Shown in pieces: positions 25,554 through 37,300 of a DNA stretch of 64,000 nt. Made by a program: the position numbers and the translations under genes. Numbering within the stretch: the first letter of the stretch is position 1; each line of letters starts with the position of its first letter. Source of the DNA: Podarcis liolepis (Eukaryota); NCBI GenBank assembly GCA_965112155.1, contig OZ218102.1. One strand, given 5' to 3'. A model generated the notes under the pieces. It saw only the letters and a list, made by a program, of their open reading frames with translations, did not search any database and was not told the DNA's origin.

Positions 25554-28500
25554 TCACTTCCCGGCCAATCGTTCCTCCTTTCGCTTGGTAAGGAAGTATT
25601 TGAAGAACTCATACACAGACCAGGCAATGGCTGTGGAGGGCATCTGGTAAATGACACGTGCTTGTACCCCTCGAAAATAGGCAGTCAGCCCACCCACGCG
25701 GTACACCGTCCTGAATGCATGAGCCATGCCTGTAATGTGCCCACTGATGTTGGTATTCAGTGCCAGGGCCTCCTGGGTATTCAGCAGTGTCTTGCAAACG
25801 TCCAATGGGGTGGTGGCAGCAGCAGCAATGGCCCCTGCACAGGCCCCTGCCACCATATGGGAACTAGGGTTGTACTGTCTGTGGGGATTGAGGTGTTCCT
25901 GCAAAGATTCATATGCCATGAAGTGGATGGCCTGGAAGGGGATGTTCATAGTCAGCTGAGTGGTGTAGCTTCGGTAGAAAGCTCCTGCCCCTTCATTGCA
26001 CCATACAGCACGTACACAGTCTGTTGCTCGCTGGTATGGAGAGTTGTACATCTGCATTCTCTGCTTTACCACTGATCACAAGATGACAGCAGCAGCCCAG
26101 CCATGGAGACGAGAGAAGGGCAGGGAGGAGCAAAGAAAAAATAAATAAGTAAGTAAGTGCAGTGATCTGAACAGTGTGCATTCTATGTAAACACTTGAAT
26201 AGATTCAGGGGCCCCTGCATCCCTTAAACTTGCCTCAGTGTGATCTATCTACCCACCCAGCAAATCCTGCAGAACTCTACAACTCATGAAAAAACAGTAA
26301 TGCCCCAATTCTGGAATTGTGAGACATCAAGTAAAAAACGGGGGTTACTGAAATGTGATCTGATTTTGCCTACGCAATGTAGGGAACACAAATATGAAAG
26401 ACAAGTTGCAATATTGTTTTTATGTCATTTATCAACACCAAGAGCAAGGGCAGACACACAAATACATTCTTTGCTTCAGCCAAAGTCTTGTCCACCACCC
26501 ACCCGCTGCATCCAAAGAACCCTTGTAGCAGGTAAGGCTGCATGTCTGAACTGTATCACAAGCAACATGAAAGCACCCCCTGGTGACAAGAAGGGAACAG
26601 CACAAGCTGCATGAAAGTTGCAGGACCGCTGGGAAGCAACATTACCTTCTGCTGGGTTCATGGCTGCATCATGAAGCAATGTTGCCACACAGCCTGCTGC
26701 GCCTGCAAAACAAGGACTATTACATGTGAAAAGTGGGAAGAAGACCTAAGGAGCTCTCAGAATGTGCCACCGGAGGAGTGTATGCCAGCAAATAGGGACA
26801 CCCACCTCCCAAAGACAGAATGAAAGTTCATTGAGAAATTAGCATCAGTTTTCAGAAAGGGAATATCAGAAATATTCAAGGCTCCAGTGCAGGCAATATT
26901 TATCATATTAATCTCGACCCACATTGGAAGGAATGGGGGGGGGGGAGAATCAGAAGACTAAGACTGCAATCCTAACTCCACTTACCTGGGAGTAAGTCCA
27001 CTGAATTAAATAGGACTTACTTCTGAGTAAACATGGTTAGGATTGCACTGTAAATTATCTATCATCTTTAATTCCTAGAGCAGAGAAGAGCCAAGACCGT
27101 CTTGCAGCTATTTAGGATTCTTGCAGCTATTTAGGATTCTGCTGTCATCCTGCTAACACATCCAACAAGCTTCAGAGTGAGACAGGTTAGTTCCAAAATT
27201 CTAGGATCTCCAGATAATTGGGTCTTCCTATTATCTGTCCAGACTATCAGAGATGAAGGAGCCTCAGAAGCATGCTAGTGTGAAAAAGTAAATGTAAGCA
27301 GACCAGACTCTACAACATGTTACAGCAAGCTTGGGGTTCTCCCCACTCAAAAATGAGGATGCTAAAAGGACAAATGTAAGAGCAGATACAAACATGGACA
27401 CATCTGGGACAGCTGCTTCAAAGGAAGAGCACTATATAAAGTCAAAATGAAATACAAACAGCAACACACCCATTCTTCTATCATATTTCAAACTATCTTC
27501 ACAATAAAAAAAAGTTTCTGTCTGCTCTGGTGGAAACTGCAGCTATCTGCCCCACATTCCCACAATCCCTTCTCATTCACAAATTCCTTTCAAAAGTCAA
27601 TGGCAAATCCTACATTCCTAATGATCATGGTTAGATAATGCTTGGAGTGAAGCAGAACACAGCATCAGGGAAGAATGTCAATAGTAAACAGGATTCAGAA
27701 GTTAGCAATATAAGAGCAGTAAGAAAGAACCAGGCATCCAGTTCTTCATTTCACTAACAGTCCTAGCTGGGAACATAGGGACCCTCAGGGTGGGGCAAGG
27801 AGTCAAGAAGGGACAATACCGTTGGCCACATGACTATTGCCCCCAGCATGGATAATGTCGGTAAGTGTCTTTTTCAACTTTTCGTAGCAGGCGAAATACA
27901 AGGCATGAGCAGGGCCTGCCCCTGTGGCTGTGATGTTCAATCCACGCATGGGTCGCCAGATCCCTTCAGTCCGCACGATCCGCCACAGGGCCTCCAGCAC
28001 ATTCCGGTAGCGAGCAGCAGGTTCCGGTTGCAGGCTCTGCATCCTTGTCTGCCAGCGCAGGGAGGGGAGCAGGTTAGATATGCCAAGGGACTTAGCCTAG
28101 TAAGCGCTCCACACCCAGCTCTCCCAACCCAGGACACTCCTTCCTTTCAGAGCCATTCAGCTGCATTTGATGGCTGCACACAAATGAGTGCTCGCAGGCA
28201 GCCTTTGCAGGTGTCTGCAGATCACCAGGGGAGCTTCCCGCTCGTCAGGACTCTACCGTCTGTACAACACCACCACCTTACCCCATCCTCCCAACCCCAT
28301 GACTGAGACCAAATATTTCTGGAACCAGGTCGGTCGCTTTGGCGGCAAAAGTGAAGGCCTGAAACGTGATCAAGGAAACCGATCTTGCTTCTTGTCAACT
28401 AGTGGCGGCAACACATAACTCTCCTGTCAAGTGATCGTTCGTTGGCACTTCTGCCATTAGCCAGCAAAAGAGCCGAGAACGTGTTTGATCCATCCCTCCC

Positions 28501-29045
28501 CGAAGTCTTTAGCTCCAACGCATTCATCGGGGGACACCTCCTTCGCCTTTCTGTCAACTCTGGGGCTTTTCCCCTTTTTGCTAAATTCGGATCTAGTCGG
28601 ACCGTCCGGTGATGCGGATTAAAGTGCAACACTAATGAAGATCGTGTGCCGGTTAACCGCTCTCAGGTCCTGCCCAGGGACTCCCGCGTCTCGTCTCAGT
28701 CCCCCGCCCCCCGCCAGCACCCGCCCTGCTCCCGGAGAGCGGCTCGGCGCCCGTTCTCACCTTGACACAGTCCACCGGGTACATGAGGCTGTGCTCCAGC
28801 ACCCCCGCCACAGCCCCTGCGAGCATGTGGGTGGAGGCGGCGGAGCCCCGCGGGAGGGCCTCGTAGTCCGGCTCCGGGCCGGCCTCCGTGTCCGTGCCAG
28901 TCCCTCCCGCCCCGCCACCCCCCGCGGGCCACGCCCAACCCGCCCCTCCACCGTCGCCCCCGCCCAGCAGCAGGAGGAGCTGGCGGCCCGGCTCTGCCCC
29001 ACCGCGCTGCCCGGGCCCCGCCGCGCCGCCCGCCCCGAGCTCCAT
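25554..29045 (-). CDS. SLC25A28: Mitoferrin-2, mitochondrial iron carrier (362 aa, 4 exons)
   Basis: Exons 29045-28761, 28048-27820, 26702-26646, 26071-25554; all GT-AG, 1089 nt in frame. Carrier signatures YPVDCVKTRMQ, NPAEVVKQRMQ and [11 protein letters not shown]; ends RKEERLAGK. Confidence 0.96.
26964..27051. repeat. Short squamate interspersed repeat (ACTTACCTGGGAGTAAG family)
   Basis: GCAATCCTAA...ACTTACCTGGGAGTAAG...ACTTACTTCTGAGTAAACATG..TAGGATTGC with terminal inverted ends. Other copies at about 7080, 13785, 16910, 17013, 17980, 31126, 40200 and 44095. Confidence 0.65.
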
Positions 29046-29901
29046 GGCACCGCCGTCGAGTCCGTTGCGGGCTGCACACTCGGTCCTGCGGCTCCCGCTC
29101 TGTCCGCCCCGCCCATGGATGTCACTCATTGGCCGCGGACGGTTTTCGCGCCGCCCCGAGCCAATGTCCATTGGTAGGCTGCGACTCACGCTCGCTTCCA
29201 TTGGCTAACGTCCGTCCTGTCTCCCGCCCATCCAGAGAGGATATTGGGCAATACCTCTTTGACCTTTCGTTCGTTCCTCACCCGATTGGCTACTTTTCCG
29301 CTTTTTTCGAGATACGTGAGGAAAAGGAGAAAATTATTGGCTACGATGCCTGCCGTTCAAAGTGACAGGCTTGTAATAAGGCTGCGCAGTTTTCTATGGT
29401 GCGTGGGGTTTGTTTGTGGATGTTGGTTGGCTTGCTTTCAGTGATGACGTTGCCGTGGGAAGAATATGCCTGTACATTGGTGAACCAAACATGCAGTGTG
29501 AGAGTTGACTGGGGGCTGCGAATGGGCAACAGGGCGCCTGCGCGTTCCGGCGAAGACGAGGCCCACACAAAAAAAGGAGGTGTACGTTGAAAAGCCACCC
29601 TTGGGCCTACGAATTGGGCAATATACGCATGACGTAACGAAAACCCGCCCGAATGACCCTCGCCGGGTTGGCCCAGAGCTTGTGACGTGTTGGAAATTAC
29701 TGAATGACACTTGAGGAGAGTATCGGTCCCGTCCTGGACAGCGCGGCGTGCCCTTCGGAAAGCGCAGCTGGTTGGCTGCCCGCCGCGGGAGGCGTAGCCC
29801 AGGCTGACTCGGTTCCGTTGCGTCAACCTTACCCGGGCTCTGCCATTGGCTGCCGCCCAGCCCGGTCGCCCTGGGACGGCGAGCGCGGGGCGAAGGAAGC
29901 G
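29046..29901. promoter_or_regulatory. Bidirectional CpG-island promoter SLC25A28 / ENTPD7
   Basis: Head-to-head genes; ten CCAAT/ATTGG boxes, GC boxes and CRE-like TGACGT sites (about 29445, 29630, 29683). Confidence 0.8.
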
Positions 29902-30258
29902 GTAAGTCGGCTCCCCGGGGAAGCGGGAGGAAAGGAGCGCTGCCTGTGTGGAAGGGGAACCGCGGCACTGCCGGGCGGAGGAGCCTCCTCTGCGGCCAGA
30001 GGCGCGTCTCTCTCTCTCTCTCTGTGAAGCTGCTGTCAGCATGGGATGAAATGCGGACCATTAATTAACGGACCGATTTTGTGGCCCTTTCAGGGGATAG
30101 AGGCGGGAAGGTGGTCGGCACTGATCCCTGGTTTAACCGCTCCGTCTCTTCCTTTCTTTTTCAGGGTCCAGGATCATCCCGCAACTTGGAGGAGCCGAAA
30201 GAGATGCTACTTCCTCCCGGGACCCGCACTGGAAGCTGACAGACTGCGGAGCGAGCAC

Positions 30259-33200
30259 ATGGCCAGGTGAGGCGATGGGATCGCGGGTCCCCCTCCGGAT
30301 TACCCGCGCCGTCTCCTTTCCGGCATTGCCGGCTTCCTCCTCCTCCTCGTCGTCGTTGTACCCGTGGGCGTGGGTCGCTCCCCGGCTGCTAGGCAGGGCG
30401 GTGGCGACCTTGATGCCGCTGGAAGAGCAGGTGCGCTGTGGGAGCCTTAGGGGCTGGAGTTTGAGACCTCTGGCCCACAAGCGCAGGGGGAGACCAACAA
30501 AGAAATGGAAGGATCCCACAAAGATCTCCTCGATCTGAAAACCAGATATAGCCCAGCACTGATCTGGGTTCGAGATTGCTTGTTGATTGGCATGGCTTTG
30601 GGACAGGGGTTTTGCATTTAGAACAGCTTTGCTGCAGGGATTCTTCCTGAAAGCTTTGGCGTTGCCTTTTGATTTGTGCTCATGGCGCGATCTTCTCTTG
30701 CCGCTCAGAGATTGGGATACACACAGCGTTATCTACCCTTCTCTTCTGCTCCCCTGCCCCTGGTTGACCCTAGTTACAGTGACCCTGTCGGCCTCTTCCC
30801 TTGTTCCCTCTGTGAGGCTGGTATGTCTTAAAAAGCTCTGCTGTTACAGCCAACCTGGCTAGCAGCCACTTAAGTTCAAAGATCACAGCTTGGTGCTAAT
30901 CGGTGCAGGGTAGAAGGGCAGCCCGAACGTGGTCTCTGCAGAGTATCTGTGATTGTTTCCCAGCACTTTAACCCCATTATTATTCAAGTCCCAAATGAAT
31001 GGTTGGGAAAGGGGAAGTGGGAACGAAGAACAGAGTAGCAGAGATTCACCTGCAAGTTAGGAAAGATTGAAAATGTACAATGTACGTCATGCGTGCCATA
31101 CCACAAATCTGTGTTAATGATTATGGCTGCAATCCCGGGGAGTAAGCCCAATGAATATAGTAGGATGTACTTCTGAATGAACATGCATTGTTGGTGATTA
31201 ATTGCAAGCTATTGCTAGCTGACTCAATTGGCTTGTTTAGATGCAAGGTTGCCAATGCCATTAAAATGTCCTTTTAAGACTGCAGCACTCAGTACTCACA
31301 TGGGTCCCGTCTGCTCCTTGTTACATTCCCAGCTGCTTTGGAAGAAGGATCCTCCTGTTCCAAACTTCCAGCTGTAGGCTATGCTGGTTTAGCTGTGTAC
31401 ATTGGAAGCTTTAGCACTTGGATTTCTAAGATCATTTTGTTGGCAAGTACCTGTGGCTGACTGATGAGGCTTTGCTAGACATTTAACAACTGTTTAATCT
31501 GATTTTCCCCTTCTTCCAGGATCAGTTTTTCCTGCCTGTGTCCAGCATCTTGGCACTTCACAGTGCCTTCAGTGAGCCTTTGTCTCCGTCAGCGGCTGGG
31601 CCTGCTGGGCCTCTTACTTGCAGCCAGTATTTTTCTACTTGTGGGAATCACAAATCTATGGCGTTGGAAAACTAGTTCTCGGGACTGGCAGTCTGAAAGG
31701 TGGGTGAATGTGACTGCACTGGCATGAAGCATGCTGAGATAAGGCAAAAAGATGCTTTCAAAGGAGTCAGTCAACTTCCATTGCTTGTATTTCCAAGTTA
31801 GCTAAGCTTTAGCAAAGAATTCTAAATTAATTGCTTCTGAAATGGCTTGTTCATATAGGCGAAAAGGCCACTTTGTACCCCACAAAACGCTTAGAGAGAT
31901 TAGTTAAGAATACGGCACAGTACTGCTCTGAGACAGCTAGGGCAGCCAACAGACTTCTGAGAAACAGTATGTTCTAAAGTAAGGTACAGCAGCACAAAAT
32001 ACCTTTTTTGCACATCTTTGTGAGATAAAGCCAGATATAATTATTTTTTTCCTGCTCTAAAATAGAGGAGAGCTGCAGGAAATGAAATGGGTCTAAGGAA
32101 GCAATTGTCCAGCAAAACAAATTAGTTTATGCATGAAATGAAACCAACCCTAAAGGAAAGTGCTACGCTGTATGGTGTATATTAGGTTTCTTCAGGGTCA
32201 GAAAGTACTGTGTGCCCTTTAATCAAAGCTACGATTATTCTGTACTTTGGGTGTTGTTGGACTTCCAAATCCCATCATGCCTAGCCAACATGACCAATAG
32301 CTGGGGATGATGGGAACTGAAGTTCATCAACGTATGGAGAACCAAGGGTCGCTACCCCTGCTCTAGATGTTGTTGGACTACAAGGCTCATTGTTCCTGAC
32401 CATTGACAATGGCCACTGTTACTAACAGGAGCTGGGAGTCCCAACACCACCTGGGGGGGGGGGACACAGGTTCCTCACCCCTGCTATACATGCTATGCAT
32501 AATGTAGAATCTGGTTTCCTGGAGAAACTGGGGGGAAGGGGAGAGTTAGTAGCACCAAACAAGGCAGCAGTTTCTGTGGCACACAAAGTCCTTCTATCCC
32601 CCTCCTTTCCTCTCTGTTCTTCTACGATCTTGGTCTTGGATTGCAAAATTGGGCATATATTTCTGCATTTTTTGTGTAACACAAATATAGCAGTAGAAAA
32701 GGAGATGCTTGATGGAAAAAACTGCAGAGGAAATGGCAGGGCATATTTCACAGTTCCCATCCAATAGCAAAATGGGAGTGATGGGAAGAAGCCACGTGGA
32801 CTGAGTTCAGCTGGCATTTTCCCACCAACAAAGGCTGAAACCCTTTTAAGCTGGAAGGGGAGGAGGAAGATGCTGCGCTAGTCCTGCTGGGCAGTGCTGT
32901 CACAGGGCTGCTGTTGGCTTTCTTCATTTAGTGAAATGTTGGGAACGAAGGACTGTCAGCGTGTCAACATAAGAACCAAAGTTTAATTGCTGGGAAGTCC
33001 CAAATTTTGAAGGGGTTTTGTCCTTAAATGATGCCCAACGCACGCATATAATGCTCTTCAGTACGTTTGCACAGGGACTGGCAATTCTGCTGCCAGTTGG
33101 TGTTCTGCAGTTGGAAAGTGTGAGGTATCTGGCACAGAAGCAGTTGCTTGAACTGGTTTGCCCACCTTCTTTTACACAGTCCCTGTTTGGGTATTCAGGC

Positions 33201-34362
33201 TTCACATGTAAGCAAACATGTGAGGAGAAGCTGGAGAACTGTGCTGCCAAACCCTCTCCACAGCATCATCTGTACAAAGTTCAGAGCTTTTTCTCTCTCT
33301 CTTTCTCTCTCTGTGTGTGAAGTCCTGATTTAGCAGACTTCTAAATCGCACAAGGAACTGCCATGAGGAGAAGAGGCTTCCCACTTCAGACACCTCACTT
33401 TTCCCTCTGCCCACTCCTCTTAAGATGAGTAAAATTTCAAAATGACTAGATGTGTGACTTGAAGTATTAACACCAGTCTGCTGTTCCTAAAGAAAGGAAG
33501 TTGTCAATAGATATAACACCAGAGGGATAGGAAAGCATAAAAGACAACAAGCAACTCATAAAGAAAACAAAAGGTAAAAAACACACACACAACAAAACTT
33601 CTTAACATTACTAACTGGTTCTTCATTGGTGCTAAATATGCTGGGCAGATTACTAAGAATTAAAAATTACTAAACTAGGAAGTAATTATTTACATTTCTG
33701 TCCGTAAGATGACAAAGAACAGTTCTTTAAGTCAAGGATGAAAGCTGATGATTTTCCATAGGCAATACTGCCTGTCCCCCAGATGTATCTTAAGAAATGA
33801 GGAGATAGTTTTAAGATTCTAAGTTAGGATCCCCCAATCTGAACCAGACTTCTCATGGTCTGCTGGAAAATGACAGTACTTCATCTGAAGCCAGAATTTT
33901 ATTTGATATGCTAAAGAGGGTCTCTCCAGCTGCGGTTCTTTATAAGATTAACAAGTCTAGACTTGTTGATGTTATCACTTTAAAATGGGCCATTAAGATA
34001 AAGGTAGGGTAAATGTTTTGGCAAAAGCCAGCTATTTGCATTTGACAACCACCTTAAACAAGTCATTTTCAGACCAAAGGAGAGATTGGTAATTACTTTT
34101 AATTCACATTTCCTCTAAACTATACATTCACATTGTATACATTCTCTCAGCTTCCCTTATGGCAGGTAGCAACTTGCCTTTAATTTTAAAAGGGCATTCT
34201 GCTGCAGCTTTTGTTTGCATAATATCCAGTAACATCCAGCATTTATTTGCATAACATCCTGCAGTAAATATATTTATTAATTATGGAATGTATATCCTAC
34301 TTTTCTGTCATCATGGAACTCAAGGTAGCATATATAGGATTCCCAGGTGAGCCCATCCTGGC

Positions 34363-34398
<36 letters not shown>

Positions 34399-37300
34399 AA
34401 TAATACCCTGCTCATCTGGCTGGGTTGCCCCAGCCACTCATCAGATGCACACCAGCTTACCTTCAGCAGGTTCATTGCTGGACCTGGGACCAATGCTTGT
34501 GCCTCTTCCTTCAAGAGCAGAGCTGATCCTACAAAATGCATTTAGCTGCATGGCTTTTATTTTTTCGATGTGATGTGGATTGGACAGAATTTTCTTGTTG
34601 GGACAGACTACCAATTACTGTACTCAAATAATGTGACATTCAATGGCTCCTCTAGAACTCAGACTCTGATACACTTCTTGTCCCACCTGACACAGATTAG
34701 AGGGCCAGGCACTGCCTCATCCATGGTAGTCCTACCACATGGCAGGCCTTGGGTCTTCCTGCTTCTCCTCTTCCTTTGCCATTTCCTCCTTCCATGAATG
34801 CTGATGAACAGATGTAAACTAAGACTGATATAGTAGCTTATGCCTTAACTTTTGTGACCTGACCTTCTGTCTGTGATAGGTCTGGCTTCTCCTCCCTCTT
34901 GGATAAGATGCAATTGTATTTGTGCATCTCTTGGCTCCTGTGTCCATGGGGAAATCCAACTGGAATACTTGGGGTGGTGCATGGAATTTGTGAGAGCTGC
35001 TGCTCTAGCTGAGTGCCCAGGGAATCTATGCCCTCTTCTGCAAAAGTCAGGATGTTGGAACATTTGGCCCTATGGCAGTTGGCCGTGGGATGGCCTTCTT
35101 CAAACCCTTGCTTTGTTCCACTGCTGCTGCTGCTGGGTGGGGGAAGCAGCACAGGCTGTGCTGACTGAGCCAGAATTTCCTTCAGCGCAAGAAAGGGGAG
35201 CAGGATCAATAAGAACTGTGGTGGCATGAATTCTCTGTCTAATGGATCTGCAAAACCCACTAATTTGGTTAGTTTTCTTCTTAATGGCTGGACATGCTGT
35301 GGTCTCTCAGTCCTGTTTTCTGATTGCACCGATGAAATGGCACAAAGTGGGTGGGTTGGGATGTCTGCTTCAGTTCTCTGGTTCCTGGGGAGCTGAATCC
35401 AGTGCCTAGGGGGATTCCAATAACTTTCATCTGGTTTCTAGAAGGGGGAACGAGAGCCTCCGCAGGGACTGGATGCACATGCTGGGTCAGCATTGCTTGA
35501 AGCATTTATGGAGAAGTGATATAGGCATTTTGTGTTCCTGTAATTCCTATTATTGCTGTTGTGCAATAATAGACAGCCTCTGAAAAACCAGAGCAGGCGT
35601 TCTATGGAATGCTGGATCTGCCTTTTTATTTTCTTTTAGGGGTGTGAAGACTGGTCTGGTCTCTAACTCTTAACTCCAAATCTTCCTCATTCCCCTTGCA
35701 GGTACCTGGAACGGTTTCATACCTTGGAGGCAACGGACACAAATAACCCATCTCTGAATTACGGGGTGGTTATTGATTGCGGGAGCAGTGGGTCCCGGGT
35801 CTTTGTATACTTTTGGCCACCACACAATGGGAATCCGCACGACCTGCTGGACATCCGGCAGATGCGAGACCGTAACGGCCAGCCTGTTGTCAAGAAGATC
35901 AAGCCAGGTTTGGAGATTTCCAAATGCCCTTTTTTGTTGGTGGCTGTGAACCCACAAGCACCAAGCACCTGGAGGTGGGCAGAGTTGTTCTGTAGAGATG
36001 CCAGCTGAGGGAATATTCCCTTTTCATTGTACAGGGATCTCTACTCTGGCAGCCACTCCAGACAAAGCTAGTGACTACATCAGGCCGCTGCTCAGCTTTG
36101 CTGCTGCCTATGTGCCCAGTACCAAGCACAAGGAGACTCCCCTCTACATTTTGTGCACTGCAGGAATGAGGCTGCTGCCTGACTGGTGAGTGAGCTATAT
36201 TTTTCCAAGACCTGAGCAGAGTAGGCTTGGGAGTGGGGAGCAGGAAGTGCCGGGCCTCTTGAAGCTACAGGTGGACTTGCATCCTGAAGTGGAATGGGAC
36301 AGGGTGTGGGGTGTATCTTCACTATAGCAGTCAAATACAACATTTCCTGTTTCCTAGAGTGGACGCACAGGGGAATGTTGCTCCAAACAGGGAGGACTTC
36401 CTGTCATACCTGCTCTGGAGCATCCTCCCCCTGTGTGCGACCAGGTAGATGGGTGTGACCCTAGCAGACCCTATAAAAGGGCCAGTCATGCAGCCATCTT
36501 CCTCTTTCACTGCTCTTTTGCAACTCCTCTGCTGGCTCTTAGCCAGCAGCACATGGCTCATCCTTACAGAGGATGGAAGCCACAAGGTAGAAAGTCTGAG
36601 GCCTAGCTCAGACTTCTTTTCTCTACAACTGTAACTGTGACTACAAAATAAAGCCTGCCTTCAGGACAATACTGTGAACTGAATGTAAGTAAACTTTATC
36701 ATTACTTTTAAAAGAAGACTGTCATGTCATTATTGTTTTTAAGAGGGAACTAAAGGGGAAATTTACCAGGAACAATCCAATCTGGACAAGCCAGACTGGA
36801 TTGCTCAATTCAAATGATTCTAACAAATCCATCAACTAGCTTCCAGCAATGTGCAAGGGAATGTGCTCTGCTGCTGCTGCTACTACTACTACTACTACTA
36901 ATAATAATAATAATTTATTATTTCTATCCGCTCATCTGGCTGGGTTTCCCCACCCACTCTGGGTGGCTTTCAACAGAACATTAAAAACAGAATAAAACGT
37001 CAAACATTAAAAACTTCCCTAAACAGGGCTGCCTTCAGGTGTCAAGGTGTTCCACAGGGTGGGCACCACTACCGAGAAGGCCCTCTTCCTGGTTCCCTGT
37101 AACCTCACTTCTTGCAGTGAGGGAACCGCCAGAAGGCCCTCGGCGCTGGACCTCAGTGTCCGGGCTGAACGATGGGGATGAAGACTAGCTCACTAACGTG
37201 ACTGAGGAAGGATAATATTTAATCAATATATCCTCTCCTACTATCCACAACATTCCCACACAGGGTTCCCTAACTTGATAGTGAGCAATGGGTCATCTCC

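Noticed and set aside
25461-26075. 204-aa plus-strand ORF
   Set aside because: Antisense shadow of SLC25A28 exon 4.
29046-29201. In-frame N-terminal extension of SLC25A28 (MEASV...)
   Set aside because: The upstream ATGs are by-products of CCAATG boxes and probably lie upstream of the TSS; MELG at 29045 matches the known start.
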